From assembly GCA_045807245.1 (NCBI GenBank), contig JBJMHS010000049.1, positions 1 to 35,704 of the forward strand: 35,704 nucleotides of DNA, written 5' to 3'. Positions 9,450 through 18,861 of the stretch are shown one piece after another. The notes beneath the pieces were generated by a model. It was not told where the DNA came from, searched no databases, and was given only the letters and a program-made list of their open reading frames with translations. The stretch comes from Actinomycetales bacterium. GTDB lineage: Bacteria > Actinomycetota > Actinomycetes > Actinomycetales > CAVURS01. How positions within the stretch are numbered: position 1 is the first letter of the stretch; each line of letters begins with the position of its first letter. Made by a program: the position numbers and the translations under genes.

Positions 9450-10127
9450 ATGCGTGACGCCTTCCACGAGGAGCTCGACCGGATCTCCGACCAGCTGGTC
9501 GAGATGACCCGCCTGGCCGGCTCCGCCATCAACCGAGCGACCACCGCGCTGCTCGACGCCGACGTCGCCCTGGCCGAGAGTGTCATCTCCGCCGACGAGC
9601 AGATCGACGCCATCCAACGCGGGCTCGACGACGCCTCCATCGACCTGCTGGCCCGCCAGCAGCCCGTCGCGACCGACCTTCGCATCGTCGTCACCGGCAT
9701 GCGGATGAGCGCCGACCTCGAGCGCATGGGCGACCTGGCCCGGCACGTGGCCAAGGTCGCGCGGCTGCGCTACCCGGAGTCCGCGATCCCGCCCGTCGTG
9801 CGGTCGACTGTCCTGGAGATGGGTCAGGTCGCCGAGCGGATCGTCGCGAAGGCAGGCTCGGTCATCGCCAGCAAGGACGTCGACGCCGCGCTCCTGCTGG
9901 AGAAGGACGACGACGACATGGACAAGCTGCACCGTCAGGTCTTCACGACCTTGCTCGGTGGCCAGTGGACCTACGGCATCGAGTCCGCCGTCGACGTCAC
10001 GCTGGTCGGCCGGTACTACGAGCGGTTCGCCGACCACGCCGTCTCGGTCGCGTCCCGGGTCGTGTACCTCGTCACGGGCGAGTGGCAGGACGACTACGTC
10101 GTGACGAACGGCGCCGAGACCGCCTAG
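9450..10127 (+). CDS. phoU: Phosphate signaling complex protein PhoU
   Basis: MRDAFHEEL, LLARQQPVATDLR, ADLERMGDLARHVAK, DDDMDKLHR, GRYYERFADHAVSVA; AAAGGA RBS. Confidence 0.96.
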   Translation: MRDAFHEELDRISDQLVEMTRLAGSAINRATTALLDADVALAESVISADEQIDAIQRGLDDASIDLLARQQPVATDLRIVVTGMRMSADLERMGDLARHVAKVARLRYPESAIPPVVRSTVLEMGQVAERIVAKAGSVIASKDVDAALLLEKDDDDMDKLHRQVFTTLLGGQWTYGIESAVDVTLVGRYYERFADHAVSVASRVVYLVTGEWQDDYVVTNGAETA

Positions 10128-10144
10128 CCAGCCGGGACGATCGG

Positions 10145-10903
10145 CTACCGGCCCTGGTTCGCCACGGCCTGGATGGCCTCGGCCGCTGCGTCCGGGTCCA
10201 GGTACTCCCCACCCGGCTGCACCGGCCGCAGCTCGGCGTCGAGCCGGTACACCAGCGGGATCCCGGTCGGGATGTTGAGCCCTGCGATCGCGTCGTCCGA
10301 CACACCGTCCAGGTGCTTCACGAGCGCGCGCAGGCTGTTGCCGTGGGCCGCCACCAAGACGACTCGGCCGGCGCGCAGGTCGGGAACGACGGCCGACTCC
10401 CAGTACGGCAGCATCCGGTCGACCACGTCGGCCAGGCACTCGGTGCGCGGCAGCTCGCCGGCCGGCACGTCGGCGTAGCGCGGGTCCCCGGCCTGGGAGA
10501 ACTCGCTGTCGTCGTCGAGCGGTGGCGGCGGCACGTCGTACGAGCGGCGCCAGAGCATGAACTGCTCTTCGCCGTACGCCTCGAGCGTCGCCTTCTTGTC
10601 CTTGCCCTGCAAGGCGCCGTAGTGCCGCTCGTTGAGCCGCCAGCTGCGAGCGACCGGGATCCAGTGCCGGTCGGCGGCGTCGAGCGCGATGTTGGCCGTC
10701 GTGATGGCCCGGCGCAGCACGGACGTGTGCACGATGTCGGGCAGCAGCTCGGCGTCCGCGATGAGGCGCCCCCCGCGCTCCGCCTCGTCGCGGCCCTTGG
10801 CCGACAAGGCGACGTCGACCCAGCCGGTGAAGAGGTTCCGCGCGTTCCACTCGCTCTCGCCGTGGCGGAGCAGGACGAGCGTGTACGACGCGGGCTCACT
10901 CAT
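10145..10903 (-). CDS. gpmA: 2,3-bisphosphoglycerate-dependent phosphoglycerate mutase
   Basis: [63 protein letters not shown] 10903 preceded by TAGGAT. Confidence 0.96.
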   Translation of the reverse strand: MSEPASYTLVLLRHGESEWNARNLFTGWVDVALSAKGRDEAERGGRLIADAELLPDIVHTSVLRRAITTANIALDAADRHWIPVARSWRLNERHYGALQGKDKKATLEAYGEEQFMLWRRSYDVPPPPLDDDSEFSQAGDPRYADVPAGELPRTECLADVVDRMLPYWESAVVPDLRAGRVVLVAAHGNSLRALVKHLDGVSDDAIAGLNIPTGIPLVYRLDAELRPVQPGGEYLDPDAAAEAIQAVANQGR

Positions 10904-10925
10904 GGGCGCTGATCCTAGGTGGCGG

Positions 10926-11477
10926 TCAGTCATGCTCGAGGAGGTGGCGGAACGCCTCGAGGTTGCGGGTCGACTCACCGCGCGACGTACGCCAGTCCCA
11001 CTCACGGCGCATCGAGGACAGGAAGCCGCGCGCCAGCAGCTCGTTGAACGAGCCGTCGGACGCCTCGAGGACGGAGCCGAGCAGCGCGTCGAGGGTGTCG
11101 TCGTTGACCGCAGCCAAGGGAAGCCGGCCGACCAGGTAGACGTCGCCGGCGCCGTCCAGTGCGAACGCGATGCCGGGCAGGCGCACGTTGCGCTCCAGCA
11201 GCCAGCGGTAGACCTGCTCGTGCTCCTCGTCCGCGTGCCGCACGACGAACGCGGACGCGGACAGCGAGTGGTCCCCGACGAGCAGCGACACGGCGGTGCG
11301 CAGCTTGCGCTCGCCGGGCAGGATCACCACGAACTCGCCCGGGCGGGCGCCGGGCTCGTGCTCGATCTCGGCCCGTTCCAGGTACGACGCGACCGTCGCC
11401 TCGACGGCCTGGCGGGCGTCGGAGCGCGCCGAGCGTGCCGAAGGACCGGAGGGCGCCGGCTCAGACGGCGTGGTCAT
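10926..11477 (-). CDS. YbjN-domain / Rv0487-like conserved protein
   Basis: [59 protein letters not shown]; usual position between mshA and gpmA. Confidence 0.82.
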   Translation of the reverse strand: MTTPSEPAPSGPSARSARSDARQAVEATVASYLERAEIEHEPGARPGEFVVILPGERKLRTAVSLLVGDHSLSASAFVVRHADEEHEQVYRWLLERNVRLPGIAFALDGAGDVYLVGRLPLAAVNDDTLDALLGSVLEASDGSFNELLARGFLSSMRREWDWRTSRGESTRNLEAFRHLLEHD

Positions 11478-12747
11478 GCACTTGCTCGTACTCGTCCTGC
11501 GCCCCGCAGTAGACATCGAGCAGAGCGTCGACCGTCGCGTCCCAGCTGAACCGGGCGGCCTGCGCGATCGCACCGCTCGCCAGGCGCAGGCGACCCGACT
11601 CGTCCTGCAGGAGGTCACCGACCACCTTGGCCCAGTGCCCGACGTCGTGGTCGTCGACCAGCACTCCGGAGACACCATCCGCGACGGCCGTCCGCAGTCC
11701 CCCCACGCCGGCCGCCACGACCGGTGTGCCGCAGGCCTGGGCCTCGACGGCGACCAGGCCGAAGCTCTCGCTGTACGACGGCACGGCCACCAGGTCGGCC
11801 GCGGCGTACCAGCCGGCCAGCTCGGCGCGGCTGACCGGGGGCGCGAACCGCACGTTCTGCTCGATGCCGAGCTGGACGACCAGCCGCTGCAACGACTCCG
11901 GCGCGCGCAGGCCGCTGCCGCTCGGACCGCCGAGGACCCCGACGACCAGGCGCTCCCGGAGCTCGGGCCGGTCCCGGAGCAGTTCGGCCGCCGCCATGAC
12001 CAGCAGGTCCGGCGCCTTGAGGGGTTGGATCCGCCCGACGAACAGCAGCAGCAAGGCGTCGGCGGGGATGCCGCGACGGGCCCGCGCCTCGGCGCGGTCG
12101 GCGGGATGGAAGACGTCCAGGTCCACGCCGGGTGGGACGACGACGACCTTGCCGGGGTCCGCGTCGTACAGGTCGATCAGTGCCTTGGCCTCGTCGCAGG
12201 TGTTGGCGACCAGCCGGTCAGCGGCCTCCACGACCTGCGCCTCGCCGATCTCGCGTCCGGGCGGCTCCGGGCTGTCGCCGCTGGCGAGCGCGACGTTCTT
12301 GACCCGGGCCATCGTGTGCATGGAGTGGACCAGGGGCACCTGCCAGCGTTCGGACGCCAGCCAGCCGACCTGGCCGGAGAGCCAGTAGTGCGAGTGGACG
12401 AGGTCGTACCAGCCGAGCGGGCGCCGCGCCTCGGTGCGCATCACGCCGGCGGTGAACGCGCACAGCTGGCCCGGCAGGTCCTCCTTGCCCAGGCCTTCGT
12501 ACGGACCGGCGGTCACGTGCCGAACGGTCACGCCGGGGAACAGCTCGACGGCCGGCGCGAGGTCCCCGCTCGTCGCGCGGGTGAAGATCTCGACAGCGAC
12601 ACCGCGCTGGGCCAGCCGCTTGGACGTCTCGACGACGTACACGTTCAGCCCGCCGGCGTCCCCGGTGCCGGGCTGGTCCAGCGGAGAGGTGTGCACGCTG
12701 AGCATCGCGACGCGCCGGGGCAGGCACCCGGACGGCTGGTTGGTCAC
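11461..12747 (-). CDS. mshA: D-inositol-3-phosphate glycosyltransferase
   Basis: [63 protein letters not shown]. Confidence 0.96.
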   Translation of the reverse strand: MTNQPSGCLPRRVAMLSVHTSPLDQPGTGDAGGLNVYVVETSKRLAQRGVAVEIFTRATSGDLAPAVELFPGVTVRHVTAGPYEGLGKEDLPGQLCAFTAGVMRTEARRPLGWYDLVHSHYWLSGQVGWLASERWQVPLVHSMHTMARVKNVALASGDSPEPPGREIGEAQVVEAADRLVANTCDEAKALIDLYDADPGKVVVVPPGVDLDVFHPADRAEARARRGIPADALLLLFVGRIQPLKAPDLLVMAAAELLRDRPELRERLVVGVLGGPSGSGLRAPESLQRLVVQLGIEQNVRFAPPVSRAELAGWYAAADLVAVPSYSESFGLVAVEAQACGTPVVAAGVGGLRTAVADGVSGVLVDDHDVGHWAKVVGDLLQDESGRLRLASGAIAQAARFSWDATVDALLDVYCGAQDEYEQVHDHAV

Positions 12748-12835
12748 CGGGCCATCCTCCCCGATGCACCGGCCGTACGCTCAGCCGGTGGCGCCGTCCC
12801 GCTCCCGACCGCCGGGCAGTGATGTGCGCATTGAC

Positions 12836-13651
12836 GTGGGCAGTGGCGGGCGCGGTGTCGCGCACCGTCCGGTCGGCACCATCACCCGCGGCACGACCAA
12901 CCCGAACCGGCTGCGCCGCATCGACCGGTGGCTGCTCGCCAGCTGCGGGCCGTTGCTGCGGGCCGCCACCGACCCGCTGGTCGTCGACCTCGGGTACGGC
13001 GCGTCGCCCGTCACGACGGTAGAGCTGCTGACGCGGCTGCGCACGGTCCGCCCGGACGTCGAGGTGGTGGGCCTGGAGATCGACCCGGCCCGGGTCGCGG
13101 CCGCCATGGCCTTCGCGCAGCCCGGGCTGACCTTCGCTCGCGGCGGGTTCGAGCTGCCCGGGCCGGACGGGCGGCGGCCGGTGCTGGTGCGGGCGGCCAA
13201 CGTGCTGCGCCAGTACGACGATTCGGAGGTGGCCAACGCATGGGCCACGATGGCGGCCGGCCTGGCGCCGGACGGTGTCATCGTCGACGCGACGTGTGAC
13301 GAGGTCGGCCGGCGCGCGGCCTGGCTCGCAGTGACGAGCTCCGTTGCACCACAACCGGTCTCGCTCACCGTGTCGATGCGACTGGCCGGCATCGAGCAGC
13401 CGTCGGACGTGGCCGAACGGCTGCCGAAGGCACTCATCCATCGCAACGTCCCCGGCGAGCCGGTGCACGAGTGGCTGCAGGCACTCGACGACGCCTGGCG
13501 GCGGGCGGCGGCCCACGCGTCGTACGGCCCGCGTCAGCGGTTCGCGGCGGCGGTGCAGTCCCTGCGCGACACGGGCTGGCCGGTGCTCGGACGGAGCTCG
13601 CGCTGGCGGCTGGGTGAGGTCACGCTGCAGTGGCCGCCGCCGCAGCGATGA
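12836..13651 (+). CDS. Class I SAM-dependent methyltransferase-like conserved actinobacterial protein (start uncertain, 12824 or 12836)
   Basis: RPVGTITRGTTNPNRLRRIDRW, VVDLGYGASP, GLEIDPARV, RAANVLRQY, RLPKALIHRNVPGE. Confidence 0.78.
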   Translation: MGSGGRGVAHRPVGTITRGTTNPNRLRRIDRWLLASCGPLLRAATDPLVVDLGYGASPVTTVELLTRLRTVRPDVEVVGLEIDPARVAAAMAFAQPGLTFARGGFELPGPDGRRPVLVRAANVLRQYDDSEVANAWATMAAGLAPDGVIVDATCDEVGRRAAWLAVTSSVAPQPVSLTVSMRLAGIEQPSDVAERLPKALIHRNVPGEPVHEWLQALDDAWRRAAAHASYGPRQRFAAAVQSLRDTGWPVLGRSSRWRLGEVTLQWPPPQR

Positions 13652-13704
13652 CCGCCACCGATCGCGCCGCTCGACGCGGGGATCTCGACGCCGGAGGTCG
13701 AGGC

Positions 13705-14241
13705 TCAGGCCGGGTCGTCCAGCCTGCGCGCGAAGGCATCCTGCGCCGCCGGTCCGAAGAGCACGAACCGCACCAGGTCGACCTGGCCGGCGCGCGGCGC
13801 GGAGCCGGCCCAGCGTCGTACGGCGTCCACCGCCACCGAGGCGACCTCGTCGAGGTCCCAGCCGTAGGCGCCGCCGCTCACTGCGGGGAACGCGATGGAC
13901 TGAGCACCGACGTCTACCGCGACCTCGAGGCTCGAGGTGAAGCAGGCGGCCAGCAACGCCGGGTCGTCCTGGCCCAGGTGCCGGTTCGGCCCGACCGTGT
14001 GGATGACCCAGCGCGCGGCCAGCCGGCCGCCGCCGGTCGCCACGGCCTGCCCGACCGGAAGCCCGTGCGGCAACGTCGTGTCGCGCAGCCGGCGGCACTC
14101 CTGCAGGAGCTGCGGGCCGGCGGCTCGATCGATGGCGCCGTCGACGCCACCGCCGCCGAGCAGCGAGGAGTTCGCGGCGTTGACGATGGCGTCCAGGTCC
14201 TGCGCCGTGATGTCGCCGTCGACGGCTTCGAGCCGCATCAT
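13705..14241 (-). CDS. Macro-domain protein (O-acetyl-ADP-ribose deacetylase, YmdB-like)
   Basis: GDIT, DAIVNAANSSLLGGGGVDGAI, VIHTVGP, SIAFPAVSGGAYGW. Confidence 0.9.
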   Translation of the reverse strand: MMRLEAVDGDITAQDLDAIVNAANSSLLGGGGVDGAIDRAAGPQLLQECRRLRDTTLPHGLPVGQAVATGGGRLAARWVIHTVGPNRHLGQDDPALLAACFTSSLEVAVDVGAQSIAFPAVSGGAYGWDLDEVASVAVDAVRRWAGSAPRAGQVDLVRFVLFGPAAQDAFARRLDDPA

Positions 14242-14259
14242 CTGCCGAGCTCAGGCAGG

Positions 14260-14658
14260 TCAGCTGGGGTCGGCGCCGTCCAGCCGCGGCAGCCGGGCGT
14301 AGTCGTCCTCGATCCGCACGATGTCGCCCTCGTCGAAGTCACCGAACGCGATCTCGAGCAGGCGGCCGCGCTGGTCTCCGCGGTTGGTCATCCGGTGTTC
14401 GGCCCCGGCCGCGACCCAGACGATGTCGCCGACCTGGGCATCCCAGCCACGGCCGTCGACCTCGACGTAGATCGGCTGGTCGAGCACCTGCCACATCTCG
14501 TCCCGGTTGCCGTGCTTCTGCAGGCTCAGCCGGTGACCCGGCTCGACGGTGATGATCTTGACCGTCACCGGCTCGTTCTGCACGAACTGCTGGAACTGGC
14601 CCCAAGGGCGGACCGCCACGAACGCATCGTCGGCCCGAGAGTGGTTTCGCTCGCTCAC
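14260..14658 (-). CDS. Stand-alone phosphomannose isomerase type II C-terminal cupin
   Basis: RPWGQF, ITVEPGHRLSLQKHGNRDEMW, EHRMTN, EGDIVRIEDDY. Confidence 0.85.
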   Translation of the reverse strand: MSERNHSRADDAFVAVRPWGQFQQFVQNEPVTVKIITVEPGHRLSLQKHGNRDEMWQVLDQPIYVEVDGRGWDAQVGDIVWVAAGAEHRMTNRGDQRGRLLEIAFGDFDEGDIVRIEDDYARLPRLDGADPS

Positions 14659-14739
14659 TGTTCGAGTATGCCTGCAACGACATCCCGGCGAGAGGCGAAT
14701 GGGGCATCGGCTGCTCCATCCGACCCTGTGCTGCCGCGC

Positions 14740-14774
14740 CAGGTCACCGGGCGGACGCTGCGGCCGGTGACCTG
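14740..14774 (-). terminator. Inverted repeat just downstream of the alpha/beta hydrolase stop
   Basis: CAGGTCACCGG-N13-CCGGTGACCTG, perfect 11-bp stem, no U-tract. Confidence 0.55.
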
Positions 14775-14778
14775 TCGG

Positions 14779-15579
14779 TCAGAGGTCAGACGTGGCGTTG
14801 AAGTGCCCGGACACCAGCTCTCGCAACCGATTTCGGTCTCGCCAGAGGACGCCGCCGGGCGGCAGGACCTCGAGCCGTGCGTTCGGCAGCGTCTCGGCCA
14901 GGCGGACGGCGACGGCGACCGGGTGCAGGTCGTCACCCTCCTGGGCGATCACCAGTGACGGGGCGGCGACTGCGCGCAACGCATCGACGCCGCCGGGGAG
15001 CGGCACTTGTGCCGGCACCGCCCGCAAGGCGGTGGCGAGCGCCGTACCCGCGATCTCGGTCGCGTGCCGGCGGGCCCAGACGCGTACGGCGGGCAGGTCG
15101 CGGACCGCAGCCGGCTGACCAGCGACGAGCATGCGCGCCAGGCTCTCGACGTCGCGTCGCTCGACCAGGTCGGCCATCTCGCCGCCGTGCTCGGACGGGC
15201 TGGGCGAGTCGAGGGCGGCCGGGATGACGAACGCCAGGCGCTCGAACCGGTCCGGGGTCGAGGCCAGCAGGGAGAGCAGGGCGTGCGCGCCCATGCTCAC
15301 GCCGAGCGCCCGCGTCGCGCCGGTGTGGTCCGCGACGGTGCGTAGGTCCCCGGCCAGGGCGGCGTAGCTCCACGGGGCGGTGGAGGGTGCCGGCGCCGTC
15401 GAGGCACCGTGCCCAGGGAAGTGCAGATAGACCCGCGTCCCCTGCACGCCCGAGCCGAACGGGCGGGTCTGCGCGATGGAGGCGGCGATGCCGTGACCGA
15501 ACACCGTGACCGGCTGGCCGGAGCCCGTGCGCAGGATCTCGATCCGGCCGCCGTCCGGGCCGTCGAGCAGCTCGGTCAC
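14779..15579 (-). CDS. Alpha/beta fold hydrolase
   Basis: VFGHGIA, FPGHGAS, GVSMGA nucleophile elbow, GDDLHP; usual neighbour of DUF2516. Confidence 0.85.
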   Translation of the reverse strand: MTELLDGPDGGRIEILRTGSGQPVTVFGHGIAASIAQTRPFGSGVQGTRVYLHFPGHGASTAPAPSTAPWSYAALAGDLRTVADHTGATRALGVSMGAHALLSLLASTPDRFERLAFVIPAALDSPSPSEHGGEMADLVERRDVESLARMLVAGQPAAVRDLPAVRVWARRHATEIAGTALATALRAVPAQVPLPGGVDALRAVAAPSLVIAQEGDDLHPVAVAVRLAETLPNARLEVLPPGGVLWRDRNRLRELVSGHFNATSDL

Positions 15580-15655
15580 GCCGTCACGCCCGTCACGCTC
15601 GTCACGCCGTCACGCCGTCAGGCGCGTCACGCCGTCACGCCATCGCCCACGTCAC
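15575..15655. repeat. Tandem array of 8/9-nt GTCACGCC units
   Basis: Units start at 15575, 15583, 15592, 15601, 15609, 15617, 15626, 15634, with a partial at 15651. Confidence 0.85.
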
Positions 15656-15675
15656 TGCGGATCGCGCGCCGAGTG

Positions 15676-16020
15676 TCACCAGGGGCCGTACGGGCCCATG
15701 TGCGACCCCGAGCCGCCGCGCCCGGAGGCGGACTGGAGCGCCGGCCGGACATCGGCGAGGTACACCGCGGCGGCGACGAACGCGATGATGCCGATGAAGC
15801 CGAGCGGGTTCCAGAACACGACGAACCCGATGGCCATCGCCACGCCCAGGATGATCAGCCAGAGCTGCTTGGTGAGCTTGCCGGCCGCCGTGTACGCGTC
15901 GGCCCGATGGCGCAGCGCGTCCACGAACGCGAAGACCTCGGTGATGAACGCCGCCAGCCCGAGCACCAGGACGATGAGGTTCTGGAGCGAGTAGATGCTG
16001 CCGCCGAAGACACCGGACAT
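15676..16020 (-). CDS. DUF2516 family membrane protein (Rv0476-like)
   Basis: AFVDALRHRADAYTAAGKLTKQLWLIIL, AAAVYLADVRPAL, C-terminal GPYGPW. Confidence 0.88.
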   Translation of the reverse strand: MSGVFGGSIYSLQNLIVLVLGLAAFITEVFAFVDALRHRADAYTAAGKLTKQLWLIILGVAMAIGFVVFWNPLGFIGIIAFVAAAVYLADVRPALQSASGRGGSGSHMGPYGPW

Positions 16021-16038
16021 GGACCCAGGGTACGGGTC

Positions 16039-16455
16039 CTAGACCTCCATCATGATCGTGACCGGACCGTCCAGCACGACGTCGATGGACATCTCGGCCC
16101 CGAACGACCCGGTCGCGACCTCGATCCCGTCGGCGCGCAGTGTGTCGGCGAACGCGCGCACCAGCGGCTCCGCGACCGGACCTGGAGCCGCGGCGGACCA
16201 GCCGGGCCGGCGGCCCTTGCGGGTGTCGGCGTACAGCGTGAACTGGCTGACGAGCAGCACCGGCGCGCCGGCGTCGAGCACCGACTGCTCACCGCGCAGG
16301 ATCGCGACCTTGCGGGCGAGTGCGTCGGCATGGCGCTCGTCGTCGTCGTGCGTGACGCCGACCAGCACAGCCAGGCCCGGGCGCTCGATGGCGCCGACGA
16401 CGTGACCGTCGACGAACACGGCTCCGCGGGTCACCCGTTGCACGACAGCGCGCAC
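16039..16455 (-). CDS. dtd: D-aminoacyl-tRNA deacylase
   Basis: MRAVVQRV, VSQFTL, KGRRP, DGPVTI (Gly-cisPro motif). Confidence 0.95.
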   Translation of the reverse strand: MRAVVQRVTRGAVFVDGHVVGAIERPGLAVLVGVTHDDDERHADALARKVAILRGEQSVLDAGAPVLLVSQFTLYADTRKGRRPGWSAAAPGPVAEPLVRAFADTLRADGIEVATGSFGAEMSIDVVLDGPVTIMMEV

Positions 16456-16468
16456 GGCCGGCCTCGGC

Positions 16469-17464
16469 TCAGCTCGCGGCGTACGGCGTGAGGTCGAGCG
16501 GCTCGATGCGACCGACCGGTTCGCCGTGGCCGAGCACGACCTCCTCCTCGATCAGCTCGTCCAGGACGTCGCCGGTGGCTCCGGCCCGTCGCAACGCGTT
16601 GGCCAGCACCGGCCGCCGGGCCCGCTCGGCCCCGTCCGCGATCTTGAGCGCGACGGCGGCACCGTCCGGCAGGGCGGCGGCGTACACACCCTCGGCACCA
16701 TCCTTGGCGATCAGGCCGCTGATGCCCTTGATCAGCCGCGTGACATCGCGACGGGTGCCGCCGACGTACCCCGGGAACCGCCGGTTCGCTTGTGCCACAA
16801 GCCCTTCCGGCGTCGTGGGTGGGGCCGTGGCGAGGCGGCCGAAAGCGCGGGCCAGTCCGGTCAGGCTCAGGGCCAGCACTGGCGCACCACAGCCGTCGAC
16901 GCCCGTGGCGGCGATCTCCTCCCCCGCGAGCTCCCGGGTGGTCTCCGTGATGACCTTTTGCAGCGGATGCTCGGGATCCAGGTACGACGTGGGGTCCCAG
17001 CCGGCGCCGACGCAGGTGGCCAGCATGGCGGCGTGCTTGCCGGAGCAGTTCTGTGCGAGGGGCGTGGGCCGCTGCCCGGCGCCCAGCCAGGCGGCCCGTT
17101 CGTCGGGGTCGAGCGGCAGGTCAGGCGTGTTCTGCAGGTCGGCGTCGGTGAGGCCCGCGGACAGCAGGATGCGTCGTACGCCGGCCAGATGGAACGACTC
17201 GCCACTATGGCTGGACTGGGCGAGCGCGAGCAGCTCGCCGGGCACGTCCTGGTCCGGGTCGAGGCCGGCGCGAAGCAGGCCGACGGCCTGCAGCGGCTTG
17301 TTGGACGAGCGGGGGAAGATCGGGCCCTCCACGTCGCCGGCCGCCACCACCACGCGACCGTTGGGCCCGAGGACCACGAGCGCGCCGTGGTGCACCGACT
17401 CGGTGAACCCGCTGCGTGTCACCCGGGCGAGCGGTACGACGTGGTGAACGGCCTCGGTCAGCAC
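16469..17464 (-). CDS. L-asparaginase II family (Rhizobium etli type) protein
   Basis: [55 protein letters not shown]. Confidence 0.9.
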   Translation of the reverse strand: MLTEAVHHVVPLARVTRSGFTESVHHGALVVLGPNGRVVVAAGDVEGPIFPRSSNKPLQAVGLLRAGLDPDQDVPGELLALAQSSHSGESFHLAGVRRILLSAGLTDADLQNTPDLPLDPDERAAWLGAGQRPTPLAQNCSGKHAAMLATCVGAGWDPTSYLDPEHPLQKVITETTRELAGEEIAATGVDGCGAPVLALSLTGLARAFGRLATAPPTTPEGLVAQANRRFPGYVGGTRRDVTRLIKGISGLIAKDGAEGVYAAALPDGAAVALKIADGAERARRPVLANALRRAGATGDVLDELIEEEVVLGHGEPVGRIEPLDLTPYAAS

Positions 17465-17490
17465 CAGGCGACGCTATACCGACCACAGAC

Positions 17491-17573
17491 GGCACCCCCC
17501 GAAAGCCGGTCGCCGGCGCCCATTCGGGGCGCAGCGGCGGCTTTCGGGGGGTAAACCGGCCGGCGGGGGGTAC
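17491..17573. repeat. Palindromic element B, same family as element A
   Basis: Perfect 15-bp IR accccccgaaagccg (17494-17508) / cggctttcggggggt (17538-17552); 17534-17573 matches 5450-5489 at 34/40 positions by hand; CGGGGGGTA at 17545/17564 (19-nt period). Confidence 0.85.
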
Positions 17574-18218
17574 TCAGCGCGCGGTGCGCGCGGTGCTGCG
17601 CCCGGTCGCCTTGGCGGCCGTCTTGGTGGCCGTCGTGGCCTTGCTCGCGGTCTTGCGGGCCGACGTGCTCGTGGCCTTCGTGGCGCGCTTGGCGTTACCA
17701 GCCCGGGTCCGGGCCGTCGTGGTGGTGCGCTTGGCGGCCGAGCGGGTGCTCTTGGTCGCCTTCTTGGCTGCTGGCTTGGCGGCCTTGACCTCGGCGCCGG
17801 CCTCGTGGACGGCGGAACCGGCCAGGTCGCGGACGTCGCGCCGGCCCGCGATGAGCGTCGACCGGGCGGCGCCCAGTGTCTCGTCACGAGCCTTGCGGAC
17901 CGTCGTCACGGCGGCCCTGCCGAGGGTCAGCGTGGAGCGGCCCTGGGCGACGAGGTCCTTGGTCGCCGAGCGGCGACGCACGCTGTCGACCAGCGACTTG
18001 CCGCGCGAGGCCAGCTCGCCGTACGCCTCCTCGGCCCGACCGGCAGCCTCGAGGGTCTTGGAGATGGCCAGGTTGGGCAGGTTCTGAACGTCGGACGGGA
18101 CCCTGCCGGCGCGTGCGGTGAGGTCGGCCTGCGCCGAACGCAATGCGCCGACGGCGAGGTCGGTCACGCCGACGACGGCCATAGCGGGGGTGCTCTTGCG
18201 GATATCGGTGACCTTCAT
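17574..18218 (-). CDS. HBHA/phasin-like protein with Lys/Ala/Thr-rich basic tail
   Basis: AVVGVTDLAV, AEEAYGELASRGKSLV, tail AAKPAAKKATKSTRSAAKR...; AAGGAGG RBS; immediately downstream of an Rv0474-like regulator, as hbhA is. Confidence 0.65.
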   Translation of the reverse strand: MKVTDIRKSTPAMAVVGVTDLAVGALRSAQADLTARAGRVPSDVQNLPNLAISKTLEAAGRAEEAYGELASRGKSLVDSVRRRSATKDLVAQGRSTLTLGRAAVTTVRKARDETLGAARSTLIAGRRDVRDLAGSAVHEAGAEVKAAKPAAKKATKSTRSAAKRTTTTARTRAGNAKRATKATSTSARKTASKATTATKTAAKATGRSTARTAR

Positions 18219-18220
18219 GG

Positions 18221-18784
18221 TCAGTCCTCCTTGATCGGGTTCACGGTGCGCACAGTGCGTACGGCGGTCTTGCGGGCCGCGGCTGCGCTCTGCTGGGTGG
18301 TCTTCGCCACGCGCTTGGTCGCACGGGCTGCGGTCTTGCGGGCCGCCCTCGGTACGGCGACCTTGACGCTGGTCGGGCCGTCCGTCGTACCGCTGCTGTC
18401 GGTGGTCTGGCGAGCAGCCGGTGGCACGGATTCCGTTGCCGGACGGTCGTTTTCTGCCCGGAACGAGGTGTAGATGTCGAGCAGGACCCGCTTCTGCCGC
18501 TCGCTCAGACCTGCGTCAGCGCGGACGGCGTTCTCGAACGGCAGCTGGTCCTCGCGCTCCTCGAGGATGCCGGCTCGCACGTACAGCGACTCGGCCGAGA
18601 TGCGCAGGCCTTTGGCCAGCTGAGCGAGGATCTCGGCGCTCGGCCGCTTGATCCCGCGCTCGATCTGGCTGAGGTACGGGTTGCTGACGCCGGCCAGCTC
18701 GGAGAGCTGACGTACAGACAGCCGGGCCGACTCGCGCTGCTCACGCAGGTAGGTCCCGAGATCGTGCACGGACAACGACGGCAT
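18221..18784 (-). CDS. XRE-family HTH regulator (Rv0474-like) with basic C-terminal extension
   Basis: LGTYLREQRESARLSVRQLSELAGVSNPYLSQIERGIKRPSAEIL, ISAESLYVRAGIL, LSERQKRVLLDIY. Confidence 0.92.
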   Translation of the reverse strand: MPSLSVHDLGTYLREQRESARLSVRQLSELAGVSNPYLSQIERGIKRPSAEILAQLAKGLRISAESLYVRAGILEEREDQLPFENAVRADAGLSERQKRVLLDIYTSFRAENDRPATESVPPAARQTTDSSGTTDGPTSVKVAVPRAARKTAARATKRVAKTTQQSAAAARKTAVRTVRTVNPIKED

Positions 18785-18790
18785 GTCTCC

Positions 18791-18821
18791 ATAGTGCTTG
18801 CTGCAGTTAGCAGATGCAAGC
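18791..18821 (-). promoter_or_regulatory. Leaderless sigma-A-type promoter with overlapping operator
   Basis: Minus strand TTGCAT-N17-CACTAT-N6-ATG; half-sites GCTTGC (18796), GTTAGC (18806) and GCAAGC (18816) at 10-bp spacing, outer pair palindromic. Confidence 0.7.
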
Positions 18822-18861
18822 TGGAGACAGCGTGAGCCCCCTCACAGAGCGAGCCCGGGGG

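Noticed and set aside
9218..9754. N-terminal extension of SenX3 in the ORF track (566 aa)
   Set aside because: It overlaps phoU and the PHO boxes; the recognisable protein starts at GTG 9217.
13684..13702. CTCGAC-N7-GTCGAG hairpin between convergent genes
   Set aside because: A 6-bp stem of a very common hexamer; too weak to call a terminator.
13705..14658. Macrodomain plus cupin as an anti-phage or toxin-antitoxin (DarTG-like) system
   Set aside because: No ADP-ribosyltransferase, sirtuin or nuclease nearby; the macrodomain is the housekeeping YmdB type.
15575..15655. Possible CRISPR array
   Set aside because: Units are 8-9 nt with no unique spacers, and no cas genes are present.
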